From contig NC_079165.1 of NCBI RefSeq assembly GCF_947568905.1, positions 102,114,001-102,178,000 of the forward strand: a stretch of DNA of 64,000 nt, given 5' to 3'. This DNA comes from Ostrea edulis (Eukaryota). The translations under genes and the position numbers were made by a program. Within the stretch, counting starts at the first letter, position 1. Each line of letters starts with the position of its first letter. The notes under the pieces are model-generated. The model did no database searches. It saw nothing but the letters and a program-made list of their open reading frames with translations, and was not told the DNA's origin. Positions 1-13,110 of the stretch are shown here, piece by piece.

Positions 1-3000
1 TTGTGTGTGTGAGCATGACTTTGCTAAATGATCTTGAACATCTGTCATGGCCCTATCCCTGACATGGGAACCGTGATTTGAGAGAACTTGAACCTACATT
101 ACACAATGAATGCATTCAATTTGTATTAATATATGAGTTTTGTAAAATCCAACACTTTTTTATCGACTATCACGAACCTCTTTTACCAAAGACATTTTGT
201 GTCATGTTTTGTTGAAAATGGTCTAGTATATCTAGAGAAGAAAGATTATCATCTTTGTCATTATTTCCATAGTGATGACAAGGAAGTGCTGCTTGAAGAC
301 AATTTGAAACATCTGACTTTCCTGACATTTACCCTGCTGATATAACCTCAAATCAATATCCTAACATATCTGTAAGTCAAAGGAATCAGTATTAAAAAAA
401 CATGAGTTTATATGCATTTAGTTAGAGCTCAGACCGGATTTGTGACAGACAGAAATTAGAACAAAAGCATTCTTTGTTATTTGCCCTGTGGTTTAACACT
501 AAATCTGCAGAAAAAAATTCAGACCAAAAAAAAAGAAGAGAACCATGGAATGTCCCATCTTGATCAGTGATGTCACAGAGTATCAGTCTGTCTTGGACCT
601 GATTTTGTTGACTTTAAATCTAACTGATGGAGAAACAACAGGTGTCAATATAAAGAATATCCTGATCACTTAAAATTTAAAGGGCCAACAGATGATTTTG
701 TTGAATCAGAGCAATTTTAAATACAGTGCATTTCCAGGTAACAAAGTCATACTTGATTATTTTTCTCTCCTTCAGATTACTGTCTCAACAACATGATTTA
801 TACTAAGCTCTGAACATTTAGACTTACAGAACATGGGTACAGAGATACAGAATTATTACTAGATAAACCTGATGAATGAGAATGGTCCAGATCTAACACC
901 TATCATTAAGATTATTATCTCCTCAAAATCCCACAGCCATAAAGAGCACCATAGACCTAATTCCCGCTATCTTAAAAACTCCCTTATGTCATCAGTATCT
1001 GGGAGGAGACCCACAGGAATGACCAGTGCACAGACATTTGGTCATTTGTCACAATTAGTCACGGGATGGGACAGCATGAGGGGAGGATCAAAAGCCACAC
1101 GGCAGGACATTTGCTCTTCTTTCAAGCTCCTAATAGAGTTTTAATCTTACAATAATCGAAACTGACTTTCCGTGGACACAGAAAGTTAGAAGCAAATTAT
1201 TTCTTTCACTGAATTGTGAAAGGAATTAAGACTGTCCTTGAATTGGCTATCAAGCCATGACAATAGTTAATTCAGCATTCTAATTAAATGCACCACCCTA
1301 ACAATTAAGTTTGGAGATGGTATTCATCCATGTCAACCAAAGCTTGTCCATATCATGCCGAGAATATCAGAATTTTCTACATTAATTGTAAAATCTCCTG
1401 TTGATTTGTTAAAAAGTTAAGGAGTTTGACAGGGGGCTGAATTGTTGCCTGATCAGGTTCCTCCAGTCAAAACCATCAACTAATGACAAAATCTCAGGGA
1501 TGCATGAAATGTAGTTTTGCTTGTTAAAACAACTCTGGGTGAGGTGGAATTTCGAGGATGGATAAACCAGAGGCTGGCAATGGCAAAATGATTGATAAGA
1601 AACAAAGTCTGACTAAACCATTCAAACTCTTCAGAGTTACAGCTGGGAAAACTTCAGAATTCATACAAGTCTTGTTCACTTGTAAAACACAACAGAAAAT
1701 GCATATTTACCAGTTCTTTTTAATGAGGAGCCCTTTCTTCAAATCTTGGAATGTTTTCTCTGAAATACACATTACCATAACATCACTTCTGAATCTTAAT
1801 AAATGTTTGTCAATGAGTACAAATTCAATATAATGAATGGTTTATGACAAGACTAACTAATGCATTCATTAATTAAAAAAATATATATAGCTGAATTAAA
1901 TGAAGTCATCGTCCCTACTTTACTTTCTGTTAATTTCTTCTTTTTTTTTTTATTCATTTCATGACAAAATAAAACATACTTCCTAATGTTTCCTTGGTTC
2001 TGTCTCTCTTTTCCTTCCTCCAGCAAGAAGTCTGAGGGAGAAAAATCGGCAGCATGAACGATAAGTTGACATGGTGAAACCTAAACTGTTCCTTCATCGG
2101 TGTGAGACTAGTAATGATGTGATCATCCAACGATAATACGATTTTGTTTGCATTAATCAATACCTGATCAGGTTCTAAAGAAATGACTCCAACATTTTAC
2201 ATCTTCCATGAGGTGTCATTAACAACAATGCTTATCTCCCTTTAAGGTGCGTAAACATAAAACTTAGAATAAAGAGGCTTATAATCTCACCCATGATAAA
2301 AGCTCCCATAATACAAAATTCTTCACTTTAAGTAAATGGTTGCATAATGAGAGATGTGCATGCAGTAATGATGATAATGACTTTGAATTCCTGAAATGCG
2401 TTCTCATTGATTGATTGTTTCACCAAGTGGATTCATCCATGACCTCAGTTTCCCAATGGCAATTACAAAAATCAGATTTTTTTTAAGCAAACTGTGTGAA
2501 AAGTTACTTGTAATCAATGTTATCAAACAGAATGGTTAATATATTCTCAACAACACTGGAGATAAAGTGTGAACTGTAGACAGCATCTTTGTTTTATTTT
2601 CATCCATTAAAATTCATAGGACTTTAACATATATAACAAAGTAATCCAAAAAGTCCCATTGCCATAACAACAGTCACCAGACTGCAATACAACAAGAAAT
2701 TTACATCTGAAAATTTGCTTGTTGCTGGTGCAATAAGTGAGGTTTTTTCTATTTTCTTTTACTTTTCTTTATTTTTCTTTTCTTTTTTTTTTCTTTTCTG
2801 GTGATCAGAAATGTATTTCTTCCAATTTTCATTGAAAATAAAAAAAAATTCACTCATATATTTCACCAATTACCTGGAGTTACCATATCTGCATTCTACA
2901 CTTCAAGACCTTTCAAATGATATAACACATCATTTGCAATTTACAAGTTTTGCTCTGGCTACCATGCACCATCTAACCACCAGTGCCACCTGTTTTCAAG

Positions 3001-3899
3001 AGAATTCTCATGATTCCCTTTTCCTTTATAAGTCCAGCACCATTTTGTTCACCAGCAGTATACAATCCTTATCCCTCATTCCCACCCAGGTGCCATGAAT
3101 TGCACTAGTTTGGTACATACCTCCTTGTTCATTAGCACTACTAGGTATGCAACCAGTTTTGAAGGTTTTTAATTAAAGAACATTTCAGAATATGATCTAT
3201 ATAATTTGTGTCCTTGGGATCAAGGCTGCCATGTTTATTATAACTATGTACCCAGTCTGTGTGCTAGATAATCAGAACTTCTGAGGAGTACAGATGATTT
3301 TTAAACATGTAATGCATTTACATGTACAGCTGTAGAGCCATAATGAAATTCATACTGGCTCTGTAATTTCTGAGTTGAACTTGAAGTTTGTGGACTGTAT
3401 TAGGATGGTTTTAGAAATTTGTAGAATAAAAACTACAGTAGTTGTAAATTTGTACATTGCTAAATACCCATATTTACCACAAAATTTTCTTATGAAACCA
3501 TCTTTATTTTTGCATTATTCACAAATCTTTGCTTGAAAATTCAATGGGAGGAAAATACTTTACCTAAAAATTTAAATCCTGCAAAAACATCTTTTTATTG
3601 GTGCATTTTATTTATATTGCTGTTTGATCAAATAATTGGAAATCCCATGTAAACACAATAAAATCCAAATTTATTTGATGCGTCCAAAATCTTGGGTATC
3701 CTATGACCTTAACATGTTCAAATGTAAATGCTTTATGGATGATGCACAATGACCAACAGGCACTGATCACAATAGGCTATCTGAGTGACTCAGATGACCT
3801 ACCAGAGAGGCATAGAATTATTGATGTGTATACACATTGCAAAAACAGTCCTTTATACATTGTTGTATCATGTTACTTATTTCACATCCAAATCAATTT

Positions 3900-4520
3900 G
3901 TGAAATTTGAGAAGAATTAAGAGCACCTCTCCACAAAATTGAGAAAACTTGCAAAAGAAATAGGACAACATACATATATTGAGAAATATTGCAGAAACAA
4001 GTTAACCGTTCAAACAGATTTAGAAATGAGAACATCTTTCATAGGTTATAATCATAAACTGAGAAATGTTGCAGAATCAAGAGCACCTCTGTAGATTATA
4101 AAATGAGGGCCTCTCTTTAATGAATCTTAACGAATGAGGAGGACCTCTCTTATAAGCTAAAACGACCTCTGTAGAAGACTTCTCCAATGAATTAAAAGGA
4201 CATCTTTAATGAAGTAAGAGGATTTCTCTAATGAATTAAGAGGTTCTAAGAGAACATCTCTAATGAATGAAGGTGATTTCTCTAATCAGAGAAGACTTCT
4301 CTAATCTCTAATACTCAGTAAATCCAGAGGACCTCCCTGATTAATGAGGATTTCTCTAATGAATCAAGACAATTTCCACCATGAATCAACCTAATTCTCA
4401 TTAAAATAATTAGAATAAGAAATACATGGCAGAATAAAGTGCATCTCTATCTTAACATGAGAAAAATAGCAGAATTAAAAGGACATCTATCATGAATTGA
4501 GAAACAATCAAAGACTTTTC
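3900..4520. repeat. Degenerate low-identity minisatellite (CTAATGAATTAAGAGG-like motif)
   Basis: Repeated variants of ctctaatgaat..aagagga occur many times between about 4100 and 4400; boundaries are approximate. Confidence 0.5.
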
Positions 4521-7500
4521 AAAGAAAAGTTGTCTCTTGTAGCCCAATGTTTAGCTAATACGTGCATGAACTTATGATAACATGTACTTATGATACTTTC
4601 TCTTAATACCTAATTCCTTCTAATACATCACTGATTTATGTATAGTTTACATGATAATTTCCAGGTTGGGGAAAAATTGCAGCCTTCATCTACTATAGTC
4701 TCCGAATCGGTCAAAATTAAATAATATCATTTCCTAGTATCAGTAACCAGCTCAGTAACACATAATGAAAAGTGTCTTATTTCTCCATCAATTATTACGT
4801 GGCAGGACCATTGTCATCCAAGGTGAATATGAAATAGCTACATAACCCATCGCTCTCTTTTATTGATATTCCCAGACAATGCAGATCCTCATAACAAACA
4901 GTTAATTTTTTCTAAATTCAATTGAAAATAAATTTTGCAGTGAAATGATTATAGCTACAATATAATTTTGCTACTGTTTGACAACACCAGTATCATAAAG
5001 TACACGCATGAATTTTTTTTTTCAAAAGTGAAATTCCATTCATGTTAAAATATCATTATTTCCAATAATCTTTGATTCAATTTCTTTACTCAGTAATGTC
5101 TTTTTAAAATGTATTAAGATATCCATTGTTTGATTAAACTAACAAATTGAATTTAATTACGAACCTCTCAGATCAAACACGTCCTCATCCTGTGAAAGCC
5201 ACGAGATACTGCAGAAAGAAACAGGTTTGACTGTCAGGATCACAGAAGAGTTTAACTAAATAAGATGCTTTTTAAGTTTTGGCAATTTTTCACACACATA
5301 TAAAATTTCTTTCTTACACTGTATTCCCATAATCAAGCAACATCATTTTTTAAATAAAAAAACCACCTCTAAGAAAGAAATTTAAAATTCAGTATGGTAC
5401 CTTAAAAGAAATTTATAAATTCCATGTCTTTCACACATAAATTAATAATACAATTTTTCTTAATGCTGAGATATCAAATTTTTTACACTTTCAAACTTTA
5501 AATCCTCAGATAGCGCAATAGCTCGATCGCCCCCAGAAACTAACTCTTACCTTATTCCATCACAGTGATTATAACTAGTCACATGACAGGCTTCCTGCGA
5601 TACAGTGTGTAACAAAGGTCACTTGGAAGCACCAACAGCATCGTAGCTCAGGTACAAGGTCTCTGTCTGCAGCATTTCCAGCCAGCCATGGAGAACTACA
5701 GAACTGCAGCTAAAGGTTGACAGCCCTTGGCCATTTTAGATCTGCAATTATGCACTCTGAAAATCAATGAGTTGTTTCAGAAAATTCTTTGAAAAAATAG
5801 CATTAAAAAACTTTTCTTTCCAATTCTTTTTTCCCCCATTGTTTTGATTTCAAAGAAGTTGGTTAAAAGAAAACTTTATTTAATAATGTAAAGTTATTAG
5901 AGTGTGTATCTTAATTTTGTTTCCCAAAAAGTAACATAAATCTGCCTATGAATGATGTAACTAATTAGGTCCTGTTTTTGCCACCTGATGAAGCTGGGGT
6001 AAGTGAAGTTTTGATAAGAATGTCACATTCTGTATCGCTGGATACAGGAACCAACTTCTGTGAGTAGCAGATAACCCTCGGGACAGGGTTCATCTCAGAA
6101 GAGGGATGCACCTGCTAATCAGCCTACAAAAATGTCTGATAAAAAAAACCCATCTACTTAAATTTCACAGTAATTAAAACTTTACATGAAATTGTATTTA
6201 AATTCTAAACTTTTTCCGTGAAGAGTTTTTAAAATACAAAAACAATTTACATAAAGAAAATTAAAAATACAGACACTTGTGTGCTATAACTGTATTGAGT
6301 AAAATCATCATACTCACATATATAATAGATTTATTTAATGATGTCAGAGGCAAGTTACATGAAAAAAAACCTTGTACATATGAGTCTAAACAGATGAATA
6401 GAAGAAAATGATACCAGTATGTGAAGAAAAATGATATTTCAATTTATGAAAGACACACTGTAGTGCAAAATGATCATACCGTTAAAAAAATATTAATGCT
6501 AACTGCTAATTTCCAAAAGAAAATAATGCTTTTCAAACAAATGGTTTCTATGACAATATTCAATACAAGCATTCATGTGGGAAATGATTCCCATCAACAG
6601 TTTTGCACCTGTTGTGTAATGGGAGCAGAAAGAAAATATAACACCCCATCCTTTCTGGCAGTGAATTACGCGATCTGCATGCAGGCAAGCTCCTGCTCAA
6701 ACCAGCAGACCATAGCAGGTCATCTGTCAAATCAGTCACTGAAAAAAAGAATTTCACTTATAATTTCAAATTAGCATATCAAATAAAATGGTTTGAATAT
6801 GGATTTGCAATTCCGTTTCTCTGTAACGCATTGTTACCTACTTAATTGTGTGATATTTATACCAGTATCTGTATCTGAATTTAAAGCCTTTTAACTTATT
6901 CTAAATTATGATTTCATTTCATATATGGATATACTATATGCTACATCACATGTCATAATTTGTTGTGTTTCACATATTTAACTTTCAGCTATAAATAAAA
7001 AAAAAAATTTAATATTAAAATGTATTCATGTGTTTTTACTAGAAAATCTTAGGCCTGGTTTAAATTTTGTTGATTTTATGATCATCCATGTATTATAGAG
7101 GTATCACATCTATAAAAACAAAGAACAGGATTTATTTTCAGAACAACTGTACATCGCAGATTTCAGTACCTGAGAAATGTTGCATAATAAATCCTTCATC
7201 AAGATTTTCAAAAGTTGGCAGATATGCAATACATCATACTGAATTTGAAGAAGCTTTTTTATACACTTGATGAATGAATTAGTTAATGAACTAATGATAT
7301 AAAAATGCTTAATTCTAAAACTCAACATGCATAATGAAAACTATATTCGGAAAAAGTTCACAAGATCTATTTAATATTCTTTATAGAGATACTTTATTTC
7401 ATAATTTTAAACCAGCCATATTTTATTATTATTATTACTCAATGCATGGAGTCTGGAAAAGTATTTGCCTCTCCATGACTAGCTTGCATTTAGTAGGGAA

Positions 7501-8151
7501 TTTTATTCAATTGGTACAATAAAAAAATCAATTATTTATATTAAAAAATATTGTCAATTTTAAAGGGTAAAAGGTAACTCTTTTATTTTCTATTATTTAT
7601 ACAAAATGACTTCTGCAATACACAATTAATTCACATATATTCATGAAGTAGCAGTTTTTGTGAGACTTTTAAAAATTAAAATTTCGTTATTTTAACCAGC
7701 TTTTACATTATTATGTGGTTTAACAAAAATGTCTGAAAAAAAATTCTACTTTGAAACCATGATAGTGCCAAGTGCTCTCAGATATTTCATCTCAGAAATC
7801 CTGCAAACTTGGATAATTTAAGTTGAAATGATACTTTTTTTATATCATATACCAACCAATGTATCGTTCTTTGATACTGTGGATTTCACAGTGTGTGATC
7901 CGGTTTTCCGGATCACCACACTGTGGTTTTCTGATTCCGTATCAGTATCCTCTGAAACTGATGCTGTCACAATGATGTCACAATGCATCAACGCAACATT
8001 ATTTGTGGAAAATATTGACCTCGTCACAAACGAACCTGCGTATACAAAACATAATTTCATGGTATGTCTGTGTTTTTGATCATTTGGATTACATTTATTA
8101 TCTTATAAATGTGGATTTAAAATGCATAAGGGGGTATATAATAAATTTATC

Positions 8152-8307
8152 ATTACTACAGTAATTTGATCCGAAGAGTTGGATCACGTGAGTTTACAGG
8201 TGCGGATCATCAGATCAAACTCGACGCTTCATGTCTTGTGTGATCTGATGATCCGTTCCTGTCAACTCGACGTGATCCGACTCTTCGGACCAAATTACTG
8301 TAGTAAT
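8152..8307. mobile_element. Foldback/MITE-like element (about 156 bp inverted repeat)
   Basis: The left arm attactacagtaatttgatccgaagagttggatcacgtgagtttacaggtgcggatcatcagatca is the near-perfect reverse complement of the right arm ending ...ccaaattactgtagtaat. Arms are about 66 bp with a short spacer. Confidence 0.7.
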
Positions 8308-8399
8308 AATATATATTTATCAATTATGAACTAGCTGGTATACTAGGAAATGTAGATTTGTCCAGTTATTTGCAGGTTATATTAAGTCAAGTAAAGAAT

Positions 8400-8400
8400 C

Positions 8401-8453
<53 letters not shown>
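8400..8453. repeat. (TA)n microsatellite
   Basis: Uninterrupted TA run. Confidence 0.95.
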
Positions 8454-8459
<6 letters not shown>

Positions 8460-9046
8460 CTTTATTCCATTTTTTGAGCATTGTCCATTGAAGAAATAAC
8501 CATGTGCTCTTCATTAAAGTTGTCATGGATTTCACGTCCATCATAACCATAGCAACCTGAAGTTGTCAATAGTTCAAGAATGAAATGTACTCATCACATT
8601 GTAATACCATATTATATTGTGAAAGCGTTTTATTTCCTAACACCAAATTTAATTTAAATATATATACTAAAATGAATTAAAAGGAAGTTATATCATGAAA
8701 TTCCTTTTCAAAAGACATTGAAAAATACATATATTATACGGTACAATACCTTATGCAAAAATCATGTAAATTAATATAATCAAAACAATTTTTTAAATGA
8801 ACAAAGCACTGGAGATGTATCGACACAAAAATGATAATCATGCATCTAAACAAAAACATCTTATACTGATATATCTAAACTTACACAATAAGACCTTTTG
8901 TAAAATATATATAATATATATATGTTTTCATGTACATGTATGTTTGCAAATCATGCTCATTATTTATAGGCCTATCTATGCTATGCCCCCGGTGGGACCA
9001 TGTTTGGCAAATAAATCTATCTATTCTATATATATATAGACTCTAT

Positions 9047-9206
9047 ATAAAGCACAGAAAATTTCACTTCAAGTTGCCTAGATGGTCGAGCAGTCTAGCG
9101 CGCTAGTTACATGCTGCTAGGAGATTTGGTTCCGTAGGTCGTGAGTTCAACCCCAGGTAGGGGCGGAAGTGGGTATCCAAATAAAGTGAAATTTTCTGTG
9201 CTTTAT
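9047..9206 (+). mobile_element. tRNA(Leu/Ser)-like sequence enclosed by a perfect 23-bp inverted repeat
   Basis: ATAAAGCACAGAAAATTTCACTT (9047-9069) and its reverse complement (9184-9206) flank 9076-9163. That segment has an A-box-like TGGTCGAGCAGTCTAG and a B-box-like GAGTTCAACCC. Confidence 0.6.
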
Positions 9207-9277
9207 TATTATATTTAAAAATATTTCTTCACTTGAGGCAGTTATGTTCATTTAAGAGTTCATTGCTATTTCTCTGC

Positions 9278-9311
<34 letters not shown>

Positions 9312-9797
9312 CTTTTTTTTTTTTTTTTGATTTGTTGATCATTAATTCAGCTGTATTTAATTATGCATGCATGGTTTTCAAAAATATGATATTATCATTG
9401 ATAACCAACTTACACTGGGCTAGCTGATACTGCACAGCTTTATGGTTCACAGCTTCCAGCTGCGTCAGTCTAGTGTTTGTTGTCTTATTCTTCTACAATA
9501 ATAGATTTGTCATCCTCACCCGCTGCAGCTCTGATTAAACATAAACATGTATTGTTTATCCACTAAACATTGATCATAACGCACAACTTACATACAAGCG
9601 AGATAACTCCGATTGCTGCATCCGACCAATGTTTGCCGAGTTAACGTCCCGAATTTTAATTTTGAACTGGGAGGGATGGATTCATCGTCGGATACCCACA
9701 GCTGAGCTCGAGATCAGCCGTGGGTATCTGACGATGGGATGGGTTGGAAAAGGGGGCAAATGTTAACCATAAAAGGTCGAGGCAGATGGGGAAATTT

Positions 9798-9832
<35 letters not shown>

Positions 9833-9968
9833 AACTTGTAAAATAAGGACTACTTTTAACCATTCGACGGAAGTTATGAGGACAAAAATTCTGTCTTTAC
9901 AGTTGCGTCTCCATAAACGTGAGCCACAGAATGTACATAGATTTAGATACAGGATACATGTATTAGTT

Positions 9969-10064
9969 TAGTGGGGACAAGTGGTGTCCTTTCTGATATT
10001 CTCTTCTCTCTCTCTTCTCTCTCCCTTTCAATTCCAAAGAGAGCATTAGATAAACTTTTATAGA
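9969..10064 (+). repeat. Dispersed repeat fragment shared with 24675-24772
   Basis: Both sites contain tagtg(g/a)ggacaagtggtgt and aattc(c/a)aaaga(g/t)ag(c/t)attagataaacttttataga, near (GA)n tracts. Confidence 0.6.
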
Positions 10065-11045
10065 CGCTTTTCACCTTTACTAATCACAGGGACTCGATTG
10101 TCACATACATGTATTGAAGTTTTGTATTATTTGTAAAATCTACCACTAAAATCCGGTGGGTTTTTTTTTGGGGGGGGGGGGGGCTTGTCGTTTTAAAATA
10201 GGTTAATCATATGCACATTTAAAAAAGTATGTATATCTGTGACCCTCTAAAAGTAGCATTCTCTTGTTCACACAAAATATATCCTACTCCTATCTCATAC
10301 ATTTTTTTTTTTTCTTTTATGCATGACACGTATCAACACTTCGCGAAAGTTACGTCCCTTGTCCGCCATCTCCCGGATAAAAATCGTATTTCCCTACGTT
10401 GGCCTTTGTAATTTTCTTCTCTGTAGCTTTGATATCTGTTATTTTTCCATCAATTGCAGTCATCTACAATATGCCCCAGATTGGGGCAACCCATTAACTT
10501 GTATAAAAACTTGGTAATTGGCTAAAATTCAAAGTAATAACATCTTACATTTGGTAAGGTAAAGAAGGAAAACTTGGTTTTTCACCGATTGACCTTTGGT
10601 TGACCCCGCAAAGGGACGTAACTCGCGGCGAAGTGTTGATACGTGCCCAATTTTTGCTGTTGCAATTTTTCATTCTATCGCACTTGTAATATAATTTATT
10701 TTTCTTGTAATATAATTTATTACAAAAATTTTCAATAATTCAATTTTCATTACGCAACCTTTAAAACCAAAATGTGAACATTCTAAATATTGAATGATTT
10801 TCATATGTAGCATGAGTTTTAAAATACACCGAGGCAGAATTTATGTTTCCTCGCACACCTAAAACAGATTTTTCAACATCTTTGACCTGTTTTTATATTC
10901 TTATGAAGCAAAGTTTATTAAAAGGCTTCTACATGAGAAGTTCGAAAAATCTCTTCCTGCGGCCTTAACTCGTCAATTAAATATACATGTATTGACGACG
11001 TTTCATCTATTAATCATTTTATTGAAAAATAAATATTAACGGTTA

Positions 11046-11594
11046 ACTAACAACTCAACTGAAATATGACACGCGGGAAGATTTCAGCTTCTCCATTGCC
11101 GACCTCTCAGATTTATGTAGAAACATTCCATTATCACCTGCATATATATGGTGTTTATGTATCTCAACTGATTCGATACACAAGAGATTGTTCTGAGCAT
11201 GATCAGTTTTTAAATCGAAACAGGCTACTGACAAACAAGTTGATGTTAGAGGGGTTTCAACAGTCTCGTTTAAAGTCAGCATTTCACAAATTATATGGTC
11301 ATTATAATGATCTAGTTAGCCAGTACGACCTATCATTGGGTCAAATGCTGTCTGATGTGTTTCACACCAATTGTTAGGCCGTTCTTGGCACACTGATTTT
11401 GATAACGGATTACTCCGTTTACCTCATTAAGACATAGGTTCACGGCAGGTGTGACCGGTCGACAGGGGATGCTTATTCCTCCTAGGCACCTGATCCCACC
11501 TATGGTATGACCAGGGGTCCGTGTTTGCCCAACTCTGTTTTGTATTGCTTATAGGAGTTATGAGATTGATCGCTGTTCGTTATCTGCACCTTTC
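11046..11594 (+). mobile_element. 5'-truncated Penelope-like retroelement 3' end (RT C-terminus plus 3' UTR)
   Basis: ORF 11066-11377 contains YGVYVSQLIRY..C....FLNR..LLTNKLM..GFQQSRLKSAF.K.YG.YNDL, a C-terminal RT region typical of invertebrate PLEs. Homologous copies lie on the minus strand at 17742-18780. Clade assignment is inference. Confidence 0.65.
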
Positions 11595-11985
11595 CTTCAG
11601 TTGGCTGACCATTTAGGTTCCATTTTTCTGCATTTTTTAAAATTTTACCTTCAATCCTGAAAATAGCAATTTTTGTTTTATCAGCTTTAACAGTAAGATC
11701 CTAGTCAGTTGTAGATACATATAACTCATCTAACATTTTTTGGAGCTCGTTTATATTCTCAGCAAAAATGACCACATCATCTGCATACATCAAAACATAT
11801 CTAAGTTTAGTTCTCGCAAATGTAATGGCGCAGTATTGTGTTTTAAATATTCCTCTTCAAATCATTCACATATAGCGAAAAAAGTATGGGAGATAGCACT
11901 TCTCCTTGTAAAAGTTCTATGTTACTTCTATAAAAAAAAATCTGACATTATATATTAGACTTTATTCTTTGTAACACAGAACGCT

Positions 11986-12147
11986 TCACGCCAGCACACC
12001 TTTCATGTGCTTCGTGTTATACTGTCGCAGGGCGTCGCAGTTCATGTCCTCATGTATGGCGTCCAATACGTGTGAGGCGTGAGCGACAACTTGGTGATAT
12101 TGGCTCCTTGTCTCTGCGTGAAGACCCAAGTCCTCAAATAGTTGTTG
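11986..12147 (-). other. Candidate terminal coding exon of an unidentified gene (53 aa plus stop)
   Basis: Acceptor ttctgacag is followed by an open phase-0 frame QQLFEDLGLHAETRSQYHQVVAHASHVLDAIHEDMNCDALRQYNTKHMKGVLA*. The segment is GC/CpG-richer than its flanks. No upstream exons were identified. Confidence 0.3.
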
Positions 12148-12171
12148 CTGTCAGAATGTGTATTCGTTTGA

Positions 12172-12417
12172 AGGATTCCCCCGGTGATCCAGGTTAGAAT
12201 AGGTCCTTGGTACCCCTTGCTTGTCGTAAGAGGCGACTAAATGGGGTGGTCCTTCGGATGAGACCGCAAACAAAACGAGGCCCCGTGTGTGTCGTAGCAG
12301 GTGTAGCACGATAAAGATCCCTCCCTGCTCAATGGCCATAAGCGCCGAGCATGTGACGTATCCATATGAGTGAAAGATTCTTGAGAGAGACGTTACACAG
12401 TGTACAATCAATCAATC
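12172..12417 (+). mobile_element. Bivalve SINE (core-domain SINE, CAAT-repeat tail)
   Basis: ggtccttcggatgagacc...ggcacgataaagatccctccctgctc...catatgagtgaaa...caatcaatcaatc; homologous to five other copies in the window. Confidence 0.85.
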
Positions 12418-12877
12418 GTTTAAAGGATGGATGGGTGTGGTCACTCTGTTGTTGTCTTTTTACACTAAACTTTTAACATCAAAGCACTGTCCATGTTTTG
12501 GTAATGCCCGATTTGAAATTTAGTGTGATGAAATCATTTATTAAAGTTCTTGTTGGATGTATAGCGGGTCCCTGAACCTTCTAATTGCGTATGATAAGGA
12601 AGACAAACAATAAGTGGTATAAAATCGTGCAGCTTTCGATTAAATGCATTCATGTTTCCACGAAAATGAAAAATCCTTTAAGTGTGTCGGACGATCAGAA
12701 TACTTAAAACTTGAGGGTCTTTTTCAAGATCAGACATAAAAATTATATGTTTGTTTTAATAACTTTGGATGTCTTCATCATGTGTCAATATGAAATTGCT
12801 GTGATTTGTTAGCACACACATATACTCACAGAGAGAGGGGGGTGGGGGGGGAGAATTGTTCATTTAAATTGAGACTC

Positions 12878-13110
12878 ACCTGCTGTAAATTTACGGCCGT
12901 AGTGCTCGGTGAAGGTTCTTTAGCATGTCAACGTTAAGGTCATATCCGAAAGACCCGTAATTCTCACTTCTCAATGCCAAGTGTTTGGCGAAGGAGCAAC
13001 CACTACTTTTGTTTGACGTCGCCATGGCACGAGTGACGAGTGGGGCTCGAACTCATGGCCTCCCTGTTACGAAGCGAACGCTCCAGATACCACCGAGCTA
13101 TACCGAGAGA
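12878..13110 (-). mobile_element. SINE copy, diverged
   Basis: Reverse-complement similarity to the SINE at 17135-17460, including a tRNA-like head (gtggggctcgaactc = B box on the minus strand). Confidence 0.65.

Noticed and set aside
1-7000. Scattered exon-like segments with splice motifs (e.g. + 259-374 and 776 onward; - about 1976-2027, 5560-5750, 6030-6122)
   Set aside because: I could not join them into a coherent stop-free or recognisable protein; they may be lncRNA or pseudogene pieces, so no gene is called.
9076-9163. Functional tRNA gene
   Set aside because: The acceptor and anticodon stems do not pair properly; treated as tRNA-derived.
11986-12147. Globin-like pattern (HA..V, KH..GV) in the orphan exon
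   Set aside because: His spacing is short for a globin, the frame stops before the G/H helices, and the intron position is not a globin one; a second frame is also open.
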